The translations under genes and the position numbers were made by a program. From an uncultured Gammaproteobacteria bacterium (GTDB lineage: Bacteria; Patescibacteriota; Patescibacteriia; Magasanikbacterales; GWA2-37-8): a stretch of DNA of 64,000 bases. How positions within the stretch are numbered: the stretch's first letter is position 1; each line of letters opens with the position of its first letter. The notes under the pieces are model-generated. The model was given only the letters and a program-made list of their open reading frames with translations. It was not told the origin of the DNA and ran no database searches. The stretch lies in contig CAZQUL010000001.1 in assembly GCA_964596525.1 (NCBI GenBank), positions 1,212,312 through 1,276,311 on the forward strand, written 5' to 3'. Positions 26,616 to 36,677 of the stretch are shown here, piece by piece.

Positions 26616-27845
26616 ATGAACAACCACCTTCGCTTTCCCGATAATTTTCTTTGGGGCGCCGCCACATCGTCGCATCAAGTAGAGGGGCATAACTATAACG
26701 ATTGGACTCTCTGGGAAGAATCCAGCCTCCGCCACAACGAACTCAGAGGTAATGGCCATATCGAAAAGTACGGCCTCAAAAATTTTCTGTCCCGAACCGC
26801 AGCCAACCACTTCCACCTCTACAAGGAAGACTACGAATTAGCCAAAGAACTCGGACATAATGCCACCCGCCTATCAATTGAATGGTCGCGCATCGAACCA
26901 GAGGAGGGCGTTTTTAATGAAGCCGCACTCGCCTACTACCGCACAGTGATCGCTCACCTTACAACGCTCGGCATTACCCCTCTAGTCACGCTCTATCATT
27001 GGACGGTTCCAGTTTGGTTTTCCAACCAAGGAGGCTGGCTCAACCCTGCCTCACCTGGGCAGTTCGCGCGTTTTGCCGCCCACATCGTAACCGCACTCAA
27101 AGATGACGTAACGTTCTGGATCACCCTGAATGAACCGGAAATTTACGCGACCAACTCATATTTAAACGGCATCTGGCCGCCGCAGCGCCGGAGTTACATC
27201 GCTTTTTGGCGCGTTTTCCATCGTCTTATAGCCGCACACCGGCAGGCATTTTCAGCTATCAAAAATATCCAACCGGACGCTCAAGTTGGTATCGCCAAAA
27301 ACAATATCTACTTCGAAGCAGCGGGTAAAAATCCGTTCAACCGTCTATTCAAAAAAATCTACGATTATGCGTGGAATTTCTATTTTCTGGACCGGATACG
27401 CACGTATCAAGATTTCATTGGCCTCAACTATTATTTTCACAATCGCATTGACTGGGGATTCATCCGCAACGAAAATAAGGCACTTTCTGATCTCGGTTGG
27501 GAGCTGCATCCGGAAGGGATTTACCATGTGCTTACAGATCTACAACGCTACCGACGCCCTATCTATATCACGGAAAATGGTTTAGCAGACGCAACCGATA
27601 GTCAACGCGCCTGGTTCATCAAAGAAATCCTCCGCCACGTTCACCGCTCGATTGAGGAAGGGGTGGATGTTCGCGGCTACCTGCACTGGTCGCTTATCGA
27701 TAATTTTGAATGGGACAAAGGATTTTTCCCTCGTTTTGGATTAGTCGCCGTGGATTATGCTACTTATAAACGCACACCACGTTCTTCGGCCCACATCTAC
27801 GGTGCTATCGCCAAGAACAATACACTACCAATTGATTCACCCTAG
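26616..27845 (+). CDS. Glycoside hydrolase family 1 beta-glucosidase
   Basis: FLWGAATSSHQVEG N-terminal signature, acid/base TLNEP, nucleophile ITENG. Confidence 0.85.
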   Translation: MNNHLRFPDNFLWGAATSSHQVEGHNYNDWTLWEESSLRHNELRGNGHIEKYGLKNFLSRTAANHFHLYKEDYELAKELGHNATRLSIEWSRIEPEEGVFNEAALAYYRTVIAHLTTLGITPLVTLYHWTVPVWFSNQGGWLNPASPGQFARFAAHIVTALKDDVTFWITLNEPEIYATNSYLNGIWPPQRRSYIAFWRVFHRLIAAHRQAFSAIKNIQPDAQVGIAKNNIYFEAAGKNPFNRLFKKIYDYAWNFYFLDRIRTYQDFIGLNYYFHNRIDWGFIRNENKALSDLGWELHPEGIYHVLTDLQRYRRPIYITENGLADATDSQRAWFIKEILRHVHRSIEEGVDVRGYLHWSLIDNFEWDKGFFPRFGLVAVDYATYKRTPRSSAHIYGAIAKNNTLPIDSP

Positions 27846-27900
27846 GATTTACTTTTCCACCAGGCGTGCTACAATCAGCATATATCCTTAACTCTTCCGT

Positions 27901-28419
27901 ATGGCGGAACAACCCAAAACCACTCATCAATCGGAGGGCAGTAGTGTTGCACTCATCATTGCCGTTGTTTTCATTGTCATCGCGGCTTTAGGTGGTGTTG
28001 GTTATTATTACTACAACGAACTTGCTGCCGAAAACGAACTTGCGCCGCGCGCCGCAACACCAACGACCGTGGCTGTCACTCCGATTACTCCTGACGCCAC
28101 ATCCCCTACCGTTACCGAACCGAACCCGACAACGCCGGTAGTTCCGGTAGATCCGTATGAAGGCTGGAAAACCTACACCTTCCGCGGCGATACGGTTACG
28201 CCGGGCTTCACAATCCGCTATCCAGCTGGCTATGAAGTAGGCCAAAAGTTCGACAAGGATGGCAAAACCTTCATCATTTACTCGAGCACCGACAAAAACG
28301 AAGCTTCGGTAATGGAAATCTTGTATGAAACCGACGGCAGCGTCCGCTTTGGCCACGGCGACACGCAGGTCTGGGATTCGTTCGACATGGTGGTGAAAAG
28401 CTTCACTCAAATCCGCTAA
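27901..28419 (+). CDS. Hypothetical membrane-anchored protein with a Pro/Thr-rich linker
   Basis: TM helix (VALIIAVVFIVIAALGGVGYYYY) then a PT-rich region; 172 aa. Confidence 0.45.
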   Translation: MAEQPKTTHQSEGSSVALIIAVVFIVIAALGGVGYYYYNELAAENELAPRAATPTTVAVTPITPDATSPTVTEPNPTTPVVPVDPYEGWKTYTFRGDTVTPGFTIRYPAGYEVGQKFDKDGKTFIIYSSTDKNEASVMEILYETDGSVRFGHGDTQVWDSFDMVVKSFTQIR

Positions 28420-28442
28420 CAACGTAAGCCGATCGTAATCGA

Positions 28443-28472
28443 AAAAGCACCTATTCAACAAGGTGCTTTTTT
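28443..28472. terminator. Bidirectional hairpin terminator
   Basis: aaagcacct attcaaca aggtgcttt followed by ttt; lies between convergent genes. Confidence 0.55.
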
Positions 28473-28589
28473 GGCGTGACGACTGCACAAGCGGGATGCG
28501 CCACAGCACTCGTCAACACAGACATTAAAATAATATTTCTACAATCAACCAAAAATCCACCAGGCGGTGGATTTTTGTTGAGCAGCATT

Positions 28590-28997
28590 TTAACGCTTGC
28601 TCCACTGAGCGCTGCGGCGGGCTTTTTTGAAGCCGAATTTCTTGCGCTCTTTGACACGCGGGTCGCGGGTGAGAAGACCGGCGGTCTTGAGGGATTTTTT
28701 GAAGTCTTCGTTCCAGGTGACGAGCGCGCGGGCAATACCGTGCTGCACGGCAGTTGCTTGGCCTTTGGTGCCACCGCCAGCGACTTTGACCTGAACGGTC
28801 AGGTCTTTATCTTTACCGGCGAGCTTAAGCGGCGCAAGGATTTTTTCTTGATCCTCAAAGGTCGGGAAGTAGTCCTTGAGCGCTTTACCGTTAACGGTAA
28901 TTCCCGGCGTTCCTTTGTCGATTTTGACGCGGGCAGAAGCGGATTTGCGGCGGCCCACAGCGCGCGTTACATCGGTGGTTTTGGCGATTTTAGTCAT
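28590..28997 (-). CDS. rpsI: 30S ribosomal protein S9
   Basis: Typical S9 sequence with a C-terminal ...KKARRSAQWSKR. Confidence 0.9.
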   Translation of the reverse strand: MTKIAKTTDVTRAVGRRKSASARVKIDKGTPGITVNGKALKDYFPTFEDQEKILAPLKLAGKDKDLTVQVKVAGGGTKGQATAVQHGIARALVTWNEDFKKSLKTAGLLTRDPRVKERKKFGFKKARRSAQWSKR

Positions 28998-29009
28998 AAC
29001 CAGCTTGGA

Positions 29010-29360
29010 TTATTTAAACGACAAGCGGCGCAAACGAGCGGTGCGGTGCTTGTTTCGCGGCAGCATTTTGGATACAGCGTGGCGGATAACTTCTTCCGGC
29101 GATTCGGTGAGGAGTTTCTTGGCGGGAATGCGTTTCAAACCACCTGGATGCATGCTGTGGTGCTTATATTCTTTCTGCGCCAATTTTTTGCCGGTGAAAA
29201 CGATTTTATCAGCATTGGTAACGATCACTTTGTCACCAGCATCGATGTGGGGCGTATACGAAGCTTTGTGCTTGCCGATCAGAAAGGTGGCAATAGACGT
29301 AGCCAAGCGGCCAGGCGCGCTGCCGGTAGCGTCGATTTCGTGTTTTTTACGATTGGACAT
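29010..29360 (-). CDS. rplM: 50S ribosomal protein L13
   Basis: L13 family sequence. Start set at MSNRKKHEIDATG (ATG 29358-29360). Confidence 0.9.
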   Translation of the reverse strand: MSNRKKHEIDATGSAPGRLATSIATFLIGKHKASYTPHIDAGDKVIVTNADKIVFTGKKLAQKEYKHHSMHPGGLKRIPAKKLLTESPEEVIRHAVSKMLPRNKHRTARLRRLSFK

Positions 29361-29370
29361 ACAAGAGACG

Positions 29371-29721
29371 TTAGACAAATTCTACCAGCACTTCCCCGGC
29401 GCCGTCGCCGACGCGGTTCTTGAGCGGGACAAGACGAGTGTAACCGCCCGGGCGAGTGGCGAAACGAGGGCCAAGCTGTTCGAAGAGCTTTTTAACCGCT
29501 TCTGGCGTATAGAGCGTGCTCGTGGCACGGCGACGGTTGGCCAAAGTATCGGTCTTAGCGGTCGTCACGAGGCGTTCCACGAGCTGGCGGGCAGCAGTGG
29601 CTTTGGCCTTGGTAGTAACGACTTTTTCGTGGATAATGAGACTTTCAGCCAAACCGCGGATAAGCGCGCGGCGAGGTCCGGTCTTGCGATCCAGCGTAAG
29701 TTTCTTTTTTTGATGGCGCAT
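29371..29721 (-). CDS. rplQ: 50S ribosomal protein L17
   Basis: L17 family (MRHQKKKLTLDRKTGPRRALIRGLAESLI...). Confidence 0.9.
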   Translation of the reverse strand: MRHQKKKLTLDRKTGPRRALIRGLAESLIIHEKVVTTKAKATAARQLVERLVTTAKTDTLANRRRATSTLYTPEAVKKLFEQLGPRFATRPGGYTRLVPLKNRVGDGAGEVLVEFV

Positions 29722-29757
29722 AATAAGCGAATACCAGTGGTTCTTTTCGGAACCGGA

Positions 29758-30594
29758 TTATTTCTTTTTAGATTTTTTAGCTTTTTTGGCCGGAGCCTCT
29801 TCATCAGACGACGTTTCAGCAGATTCATCGGTGGCTTCGGATTCAGTAGCTTCAGGCTCGGGAGAAGCAGCCGGAGCAGCGTGCGAGACGCCGCCTTTGA
29901 CGCGTTCGGAAGCAGCTTCGAGGATGATCGAGAAGTGGTTCATGAGGATCTCAGTGCTCTGATGCACAGCTTCTTCCGGGGTGATGGTGCCGTTGGTTTC
30001 GATGGTCAAGGTCAAGCGTTCGTAGTTGGTAATGTCACCGACACGGGTGTATTCCACCTTATAGCCCACGTCGCGGACTGGGGTATATACCGAGTCCATG
30101 ACGATCGTGCCGAGGTCGTAGTTTTTCTTGTCCTTTTCTTCGACTGGCTTGAAACCGCGGCCTTTGCCGACCGTGATTTCCATGTCGAGCGTTTTGTTGC
30201 CCGTGAGGTTGGCGATGACGAGATCGGGGTTGACCACTTCGACGCTCGAGTTTTTCTCGATATCGGCGGCGGTTACTGGACCAGCGCCTTTCTTGACGAG
30301 CTTAAGAGTCACCGGATCATCGGCAAAGACGCGCACGACGAGCTGCTTAAGGTTAAGCATGATGTGGAGCGCGTCCTCTTGCACACCATCAACAGTGCTG
30401 AATTCGTGCTGGACGCCTTTGATCTTGAAATGTTCGACCGCAGCACCCGGCAAGGACGAAAGGAGAACGCGGCGGAACGCATTACCGAGCGTGGTGCCGT
30501 AGCCGTGGTAGCAGGGCATGATAACTACCGTACCGGAATGAGGTGTAGCTCCGCTTTGAAACTCAACCTTCGAAGGAAGAAGAAATTTTTCCAT
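29758..30594 (-). CDS. rpoA: DNA-directed RNA polymerase subunit alpha, N-terminal domain only, with an acidic/Lys-rich C-terminal tail
   Basis: The RpoA NTD is conserved (dimerisation and beta/beta' contact). After about residue 235 only SPEPEATESEATDESAETSSDEEAPAKKAKKSKKK follows, with no alpha-CTD. rplQ starts 36 nt downstream. Confidence 0.85.
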   Translation of the reverse strand: MEKFLLPSKVEFQSGATPHSGTVVIMPCYHGYGTTLGNAFRRVLLSSLPGAAVEHFKIKGVQHEFSTVDGVQEDALHIMLNLKQLVVRVFADDPVTLKLVKKGAGPVTAADIEKNSSVEVVNPDLVIANLTGNKTLDMEITVGKGRGFKPVEEKDKKNYDLGTIVMDSVYTPVRDVGYKVEYTRVGDITNYERLTLTIETNGTITPEEAVHQSTEILMNHFSIILEAASERVKGGVSHAAPAASPEPEATESEATDESAETSSDEEAPAKKAKKSKKK

Positions 30595-30627
30595 AAAAAG
30601 GTACGATTAAAGGTAATGCGATTAGAA

Positions 30628-31236
30628 TTAACGAGAATAAAACTCGATAATCGACTTGGCATTGAATTGCGGTTCCTCGAGAGCCGGGGCGCTAACGACC
30701 TTAGCTTCCCAGTTTTTGGCATTGACCGCGAGCCAGGACGGGGCTTCGAGTTTAGCAAGCTTCTCGCCGAGTTCGGCAAAATTCTTGCTTTTCTTGGATG
30801 ATTCCTTGATGGTTAGTATATCACCCGGCTTCACCCGATAGGAAGCGATGTCGACTTTTTTGTCATTGACGCGGATATGGCCGTGCGAAACGAGCTGACG
30901 GGCAGCGCGGCGCGACATGGCTAAACCAGCGCGGTAGACGGCGTTGTCGAGGCGCGCTTCGAGGTACGATAAAAGGATTTTGCTGGTGTCACCGGTTTTG
31001 TTGGCAGCTTCGGCGACGTAGCGGGCAAACTGGCGTTCAAGGATACCGTACAACGCTTTAGCTTTCTGTTTTTCACGCAGCTGTTTGCCGAAACCCGAGA
31101 GTTTGGCATGCTTGCGGTTGGCACCATGCTGGCCAGCCGGATAATTCCGCTTGGTGATGGGGCATTTAGGAGAATCGCACAGCTTTTCGCCGTATTGGCG
31201 GCAGAGTTTGTGCTTGGGTTTAAGATCACGAGCCAT
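30628..31236 (-). CDS. rpsD: 30S ribosomal protein S4
   Basis: S4 family with N-terminal MARDLKPKHKLCRQYGEKLC and an S4 domain. Confidence 0.9.
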   Translation of the reverse strand: MARDLKPKHKLCRQYGEKLCDSPKCPITKRNYPAGQHGANRKHAKLSGFGKQLREKQKAKALYGILERQFARYVAEAANKTGDTSKILLSYLEARLDNAVYRAGLAMSRRAARQLVSHGHIRVNDKKVDIASYRVKPGDILTIKESSKKSKNFAELGEKLAKLEAPSWLAVNAKNWEAKVVSAPALEEPQFNAKSIIEFYSR

Positions 31237-31263
31237 AAGGTGTGGAAATAGTGGAGGTGAAGA

Positions 31264-31701
31264 CTAAACGCGGCGGCGTTTGGGCGGACGGCATCCGTTG
31301 TGCGGAACCGGCGTCACATCCGTGATGGAGATGACGTTGAGGCCGTTGGCGTGCAAAGCACGGACCGCGGATTCGCGGCCACCGCCGATGCCTTTGACAT
31401 AGACAAATACTTCCTTAAGGCCGTAATCGACGATCTTGCCGAGCAACGTTTTGACGACCACGCTCGCGGCGTACGGAGTGGCTTTCTTGGGACCTTTAAA
31501 ACCATTAGCACCCGACGATGACCAGCCCAAGACGTTACCGTTCGGGTCGGTGATGGTGACGATGGTGTTGTTGTAGGTAGCCTGAACGTACACATTGCCG
31601 CGCGGCACCTGTTTCACGATTTTGCGTTTCTTGGCCGGAGCGACCTTTTTATCGCCCGAGGCTTTTTCCTGGCTGGAAGAGAGTTGTTTTTCTTCGGTCA
31701 T
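31264..31701 (-). CDS. rpsK: 30S ribosomal protein S11
   Basis: S11 family (...[17 protein letters not shown]). Confidence 0.9.
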   Translation of the reverse strand: MTEEKQLSSSQEKASGDKKVAPAKKRKIVKQVPRGNVYVQATYNNTIVTITDPNGNVLGWSSSGANGFKGPKKATPYAASVVVKTLLGKIVDYGLKEVFVYVKGIGGGRESAVRALHANGLNVISITDVTPVPHNGCRPPKRRRV

Positions 31702-31737
31702 ACGAAGAGCATGAAATAGTTACGGAAAAAAGGGGCG

Positions 31738-32124
31738 TTAGGTCTTCTGGCCGGTATCTTTGCGGCCGCTGCCCATGGTTTTGCGGGTATTGCCGCGCAC
31801 GGTGCGGGAGTTGGTCTTGGTGCGCTGACCGCGAACCGGAAGGTGTTTCATGTGACGGATACCGCGGTAGGACTTGATATCCTTCATGCGCTTAATGGAG
31901 GCCTGCACTTCACGGCGCAGGTCGCCTTCGACCGTGAATTTCTTTTCCACGATGTCGCGCAGGGCGTCCTGCTGCTCAGTGGTCAGGTCTTTGGTGCGAA
32001 TATTTTCGTCGATTTTTGCTTCGACCAAGATTTTCTTGGCAAGCGTTGGTCCGATGCCGTAAATATAGGGCAAAGACGCGACGATGCGTTTTTCTTTGGG
32101 AATGTTGATACCAGCGATACGCAT
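31738..32124 (-). CDS. rpsM: 30S ribosomal protein S13
   Basis: S13 family (MRIAGINIPKEKRIVASLPYIYGIG...). Confidence 0.9.
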   Translation of the reverse strand: MRIAGINIPKEKRIVASLPYIYGIGPTLAKKILVEAKIDENIRTKDLTTEQQDALRDIVEKKFTVEGDLRREVQASIKRMKDIKSYRGIRHMKHLPVRGQRTKTNSRTVRGNTRKTMGSGRKDTGQKT

Positions 32125-32159
32125 AAGTATGATTTGGCAGTTGTTAAGCCATTAACAAA

Positions 32160-32276
32160 TTAACCCTGGCGTTGCTTATGTTTAGGGGTCTTTTTGCAGA
32201 CGATCATAAGGCGACCTTTGCGGCGCACCACTTTGCAGCTGGTGCAGACAGTTTTTACCGAAGCGCGGACTTTCAT
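32160..32276 (-). CDS. rpmJ: 50S ribosomal protein L36 (38 aa); absent from the ORF track because it is below the length cutoff
   Basis: The reverse-strand translation is [38 protein letters not shown] with the L36 zinc-ribbon C..C..C..H pattern. Its position between infA and rpsM is canonical. Confidence 0.8.
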   Translation of the reverse strand: MKVRASVKTVCTSCKVVRRKGRLMIVCKKTPKHKQRQG

Positions 32277-32427
32277 ACCACACGGGAACGAATTAAATTA
32301 AACAAATGTTAGATAAGAAAAAATACCAACCACTGCCGCGATATCGACGTCCTTTATGGCGAGCATGCGCTCCCTAAGAACTACACCGCACTGGTTGATA
32401 TAATCTTGATTTTTTCTTGTCAACTAT

Positions 32428-32652
32428 TTAGGACAAACGGCGACTGATTCGGCCTCTGGTGAGGTCGTAGGTACTCATTTCCACCTCTACCCGATCTCCG
32501 ATAGCGATGCGGATGCGGTTGCGGCGCATACTGCCCGAGAGATAGGCATTAATCTTCTGTCCGGTCTCGGTAAGCTGCACGCGGAACGTGGTTGAGGGCA
32601 AGAGCTCTACGACGGTAGCAGAAACAACGAATTCGGATTCTTCTTTAGCCAT
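32428..32652 (-). CDS. infA: Translation initiation factor IF-1
   Basis: 74 aa, S1-like IF-1 sequence ([27 protein letters not shown]...). Confidence 0.9.
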   Translation of the reverse strand: MAKEESEFVVSATVVELLPSTTFRVQLTETGQKINAYLSGSMRRNRIRIAIGDRVEVEMSTYDLTRGRISRRLS

Positions 32653-32737
32653 TGTACCGAAAATAACTGAATAAATAGCTGTCGTTGGCTAGTATAACTA
32701 ATAAACGACAGTCCGTCAAGGGGTGACCTATGACGAA

Positions 32738-33190
32738 TTAAAAGCGGCGAAACGTGGTGGAAGCGCCGGGTGGAACAATTTGTACAGAACGAGCGGTTAG
32801 GGTGCCATCATTAGCCACCGGTCCTTGAATAATTACTTGGGTACCGGAGATAAGGTCTTGGTGGGTAGCCGGCGATAGCTTGGCAATGGTGGTAGAAGCT
32901 GAGAGGAGCACGATTTTCGATCCGCCATCGCGGAGTTTAACCGTTATAGACGAAGCATCGTGGGCGATGATTTCGCCGGCGGTTGGCGCTGCACCACCCA
33001 TGAGCACACCTCCGCGTGGTACTCCCCCGCCACCCATCCCGCCGTTTGCACCACGGTTGAACATCATGGCATTGTTAGAGCCACGGCCCGGAACTACTGA
33101 CTGGGAGCGTCCATAAGCCCGGCCAGCAAAAAATGTACCGCCCGCGACGGCAAGGCCAATAACAGCGATGATGATGGATTGCTTGTGCAT
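32738..33190 (-). CDS. Hypothetical Gly-rich secreted/membrane-anchored protein; start set at MHKQSIIIAVIGL to avoid overlap with the permease
   Basis: Signal/TM segment followed by a Gly/Met/Asn-rich low-complexity region. The long ORF-track N-terminus overlaps the FtsX gene and is unlikely to be real. Confidence 0.4.
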   Translation of the reverse strand: MHKQSIIIAVIGLAVAGGTFFAGRAYGRSQSVVPGRGSNNAMMFNRGANGGMGGGGVPRGGVLMGGAAPTAGEIIAHDASSITVKLRDGGSKIVLLSASTTIAKLSPATHQDLISGTQVIIQGPVANDGTLTARSVQIVPPGASTTFRRF

Positions 33191-33224
33191 ACAAGTAAGA
33201 ATGAGGTTAAAAAAGCAAGATAAT

Positions 33225-34448
33225 TTATTCATAGCGCAACGCTTCGATCGGGTCGAGTGCGGCCGCACGACGGGCGGGATAATAGCCGAACACGACACCG
33301 ATGAGCGTGGAAACACCGACCGCAAGCGCGATGGCCGACCAGGAGACTTCGACCGCAATACCGCCGAAGCGTTGCATGAGCAGCGCTGCCCCCCTCCCCA
33401 CTCCAATACCGAGAACGCCGCCCGTGAGAGTAAGAGCAAGCGCCTCGCCCAAAAACTGGCGGCTTACGTCGCGACGACGAGCACCGAGCGCTTTACGCAA
33501 ACCTATTTCGCGCAGGCGTTCGGTGACGGTGGTAAGCATCATGTTCATAATGCCAATACCACCGACAACAAGGGAAATACCCGCGACTGAGCCGAGGAGC
33601 ATGGTAAACGTATCAGCAACAGACGAAGCAGTGGCAACGATATCGGACTGGTTGATGACCGTAAAGTCAGCTGCTTCGGGATTAGAAATCTTATGCCGCT
33701 CGAGAAGAGCGTAGGTCACTTCTTGCTGCACGGCAGTCATGGTTTTTTGGTCTACAGCTTGCACGCCGATACTACTAACGAAATCGCTGCCGAACAAAAA
33801 GGTTTGGGCCGTAGATAGGGGCACAAAAATCATGTCATCGGGATTGGAAAAACCGCTCCCACCTTTGGCTGCCGTAACGCCGATGACCGTAAATTCCAGT
33901 TGTTTGATACGGATTTTTTTGCCGAGCGCATCAGCCCCTTCGCCAAAGAGATCGTCACGCACCGTGGGGCCGATGACCGCCACTTTGGAGCGGTTGGAAA
34001 GATGAAGTGCGGTCACGAACGTGCCCTCGGCGACCGTGGTATTGCGCACTGCGGCGTAAGCAGGTTCAACGCCGACGATCTGCGTATTGGTATTGGTGCC
34101 GCGCGCAGTAACTTGGTAGCGGCCGGAAACTTCGGGCGAGACGGCTTTGATGTTAGGACTGAGCGTTGCGAGGGCAGCCGCATCGTCCACTGTCAGCGTT
34201 TGCGCCGAACCGCGCCCAGCGCTCACTTGGATACCGGTACCACGCTGCGCACCCGGCATGACCATGATGAGGTTCGAACCAAGCGCCTGGATATTGGATT
34301 CAATGGTTTTTTGCGCACCGCTCCCGATGGCGACCATGGCGATAACGGCTCCGATGCCGATGACGATCCCAAGCATAGTGAGGCCGGAGCGAAGCTTGTT
34401 ACCAAGGATCGCCCGATACACCTGGCGGATAAGGTCGGAAAACTTCAT
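33225..34448 (-). CDS. ABC-transporter permease of the FtsX/MacB family (permease only, no fused ATPase)
   Basis: Four TM helices with a large periplasmic loop; MacB-like C-terminal TM helices (ISLVVGGIGIMNMMLTTVTERLREIG). Confidence 0.8.
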   Translation of the reverse strand: MKFSDLIRQVYRAILGNKLRSGLTMLGIVIGIGAVIAMVAIGSGAQKTIESNIQALGSNLIMVMPGAQRGTGIQVSAGRGSAQTLTVDDAAALATLSPNIKAVSPEVSGRYQVTARGTNTNTQIVGVEPAYAAVRNTTVAEGTFVTALHLSNRSKVAVIGPTVRDDLFGEGADALGKKIRIKQLEFTVIGVTAAKGGSGFSNPDDMIFVPLSTAQTFLFGSDFVSSIGVQAVDQKTMTAVQQEVTYALLERHKISNPEAADFTVINQSDIVATASSVADTFTMLLGSVAGISLVVGGIGIMNMMLTTVTERLREIGLRKALGARRRDVSRQFLGEALALTLTGGVLGIGVGRGAALLMQRFGGIAVEVSWSAIALAVGVSTLIGVVFGYYPARRAAALDPIEALRYE

Positions 34449-34453
34449 AGCCC

Positions 34454-36403
34454 TTAACGTGCCTGGAAACGGATTGCGTTGCCCCCTGTGCCGCCGGTTG
34501 TGAAGGCGCGGGTTGCGCCGCTCGCTCCAGTACCAAACGGTAGAACGCTTTGCTGCCGATTCGCAGGAGCCGCCGAAGAAGCCGTAGTCGGCACAATGGT
34601 GCGGCTGACGATGGTCATACCTTCAGTAAGGCCGCTCGTAATTTCTACCACTTCGCCGTTGTCGAGGCCGGTTGTGACGGGAACTTGACGCGGCGCTTCT
34701 GAGAGCTCAACGCCTTGGAGGTTTGTACCGGCAGGCGGATTATCGACGACTTCGACATAACGTTCTTCGCCAAAACTTTTGACCGCGGCGGCTGGAACGG
34801 TGATAACGTCATTTTTGAGGGAAGTAATAATTTGAGCGGAGACGCTCATGCCGTTTTTAATCCGCGCGTCGTTGGTATCGAAGCTCATGGTTACGCCGTA
34901 GCTCACAACACCTTGGCTCACCGTGCCGATCGGATCGATTTCGGTGACTTTACCGGTGATCGTCACACCGTCAATAGCATCAAAGCTCAGCGTGGCTTTT
35001 TGGCCAACCTTAACCTGGGCAACATCGACTTCGTTGAGCGTGATCGCAGCGGTGTATTGGTCGGAGACTACGGTAAAAGCCACGGTTCCAGCGGAAACGG
35101 ATTCGCCTTTTTTGATACTGACTGAAGCGATTTTGCCTGCTACCGGCGAGGTAATGGTGTAGTTGGCAAGCTCGGCCCTGGCATCGCGGAGTGCATTGCG
35201 GCGAGAAGTGAGCGTAAGTTCTTGGGAGCGTACGTCGAGTGGGTCAGGCGGCGTCGTGAGCTTGGCAAGTGAGAGTTCGCGCTCGGCGATGCGGCGCTCG
35301 GCCTGAGTTTTGGCCAAAGGTTCGGTAACAGCAAGCTTACTTAGGGCAGATTCAGCATCGCGAAGCGTCTGACCTGCCTGCTTAATGGTTTTTTGAAGTG
35401 ATAAAAGTTTGGTTACATGGCTGTTGTTGGTGGACGTAAATGAGTCAAGTTGAGAGATGTGGGTTTTTATGATCGCCGGAACGGCGGTGGAAAAACCGGG
35501 TTTGCGGATAATGTCATCAACAAAATCGATATACGTATGGGTAGTCTTGAGCGCATCAGCGGTAAACTGGGTAAGTTTGTACGTGTCGTTAATAAGACGT
35601 TCAGTCTCCGCGGGGACGGCAGAGGCGCGATTCATGGTCTTAAAACGCGCCAAAATTTCGTCGTAGAGGACGCGTACCCGTTCGTAAGCAGTAGCAACAT
35701 CGGTGCGATACATCACGACCTCGGGATTCGTAAGATTGACCTGGTTGGCATACCAATCGATATTGTTGGAACGAGAATCAATGGAGGAGGAGTACAAAAT
35801 ATCCTTAAGCCCGGAAATGACTGACGGCAAATCCAAAAAAGCGTCGGTGACGGCGCTGAAACCTTCTTCGTACGTTTCATTCTCTGTGAGGATGGCCTCC
35901 TGCTTTTGATCTTCGAGCTTCTGGCGGTTTTCAGCTTGCGTAAGAAGGAGTGTTTTCAAATCTTCTTTGGCCTGGGCAACCGCATGCTCAGCTTCGGTAC
36001 GCGACAAGGTGTCAGGTGGTTGCTTGAATTTATCATAGCTTACCTGCGCGCTTTGGAGTGAAAGCTCGGCATCGCGAATGGTGCGCATAACGTCCCGAGT
36101 ATCGATTTTAGCGAGTGTGGTCGTGGGAGTTATTTTTTGGCCGAGAACGGCGGTGAGGCTCGTTATGGCACCCGAGGCTTTGGGTTTTACTTCCATCGTG
36201 TAGGCGGTCGAAACTTGGCCACTGCCTGATACCGTAGAAACCACTGCGCCGCGCTCGACCGAGGCAAGAACGTAACGGACCGTTTCGGTGGTAGCGAACG
36301 CAGAGCGGTACCAGACAACAGAGCCACCGCCCACCGCGACAACAGCTAGACTGATAATCCACACTTTATGGCGGATAAACAAGGGGTATAATCGTTCACG
36401 CAT
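34454..36403 (-). CDS. HlyD/MacA-type periplasmic adaptor (membrane fusion protein), long form
   Basis: N-terminal TM helix, extended coiled coil, beta-barrel/lipoyl-like segments and a Gly/Thr-rich C-terminus. Sits 5 nt upstream of the FtsX permease. Confidence 0.7.
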   Translation of the reverse strand: MRERLYPLFIRHKVWIISLAVVAVGGGSVVWYRSAFATTETVRYVLASVERGAVVSTVSGSGQVSTAYTMEVKPKASGAITSLTAVLGQKITPTTTLAKIDTRDVMRTIRDAELSLQSAQVSYDKFKQPPDTLSRTEAEHAVAQAKEDLKTLLLTQAENRQKLEDQKQEAILTENETYEEGFSAVTDAFLDLPSVISGLKDILYSSSIDSRSNNIDWYANQVNLTNPEVVMYRTDVATAYERVRVLYDEILARFKTMNRASAVPAETERLINDTYKLTQFTADALKTTHTYIDFVDDIIRKPGFSTAVPAIIKTHISQLDSFTSTNNSHVTKLLSLQKTIKQAGQTLRDAESALSKLAVTEPLAKTQAERRIAERELSLAKLTTPPDPLDVRSQELTLTSRRNALRDARAELANYTITSPVAGKIASVSIKKGESVSAGTVAFTVVSDQYTAAITLNEVDVAQVKVGQKATLSFDAIDGVTITGKVTEIDPIGTVSQGVVSYGVTMSFDTNDARIKNGMSVSAQIITSLKNDVITVPAAAVKSFGEERYVEVVDNPPAGTNLQGVELSEAPRQVPVTTGLDNGEVVEITSGLTEGMTIVSRTIVPTTASSAAPANRQQSVLPFGTGASGATRAFTTGGTGGNAIRFQAR

Positions 36404-36677
36404 AGTAAAACCCAGAATTCGGACAAAGGATTAATGAATTGATCTTAAATTACTGCATCTTAGAGACATAAAATCCAAGACAAGGCGGGAGAGGAGAAAA
36501 AGGGAGGTGTTAACTTTTTCCCTCTCCGCCGTGCCCAGGTCCAAGAAAGCTTGGCCTCTCTCGCCCATTACTACAACGGCTCACCACGTTTATTTCATGG
36601 CGAAAAAAACACTTATTTTGAAATAAAATGCCAGACGTGGTGTAGTAGGTGCTAGAGAGAGCACTTTATATCATTGT

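Noticed and set aside
28476-30801. Large plus-strand ORFs (315 aa and 641 aa) antisense to the rpsI-rplM-rplQ-rpoA operon
   Set aside because: They are antisense to unmistakable ribosomal protein genes. Their Arg/Gly-rich composition is typical of GC-rich antisense frames.
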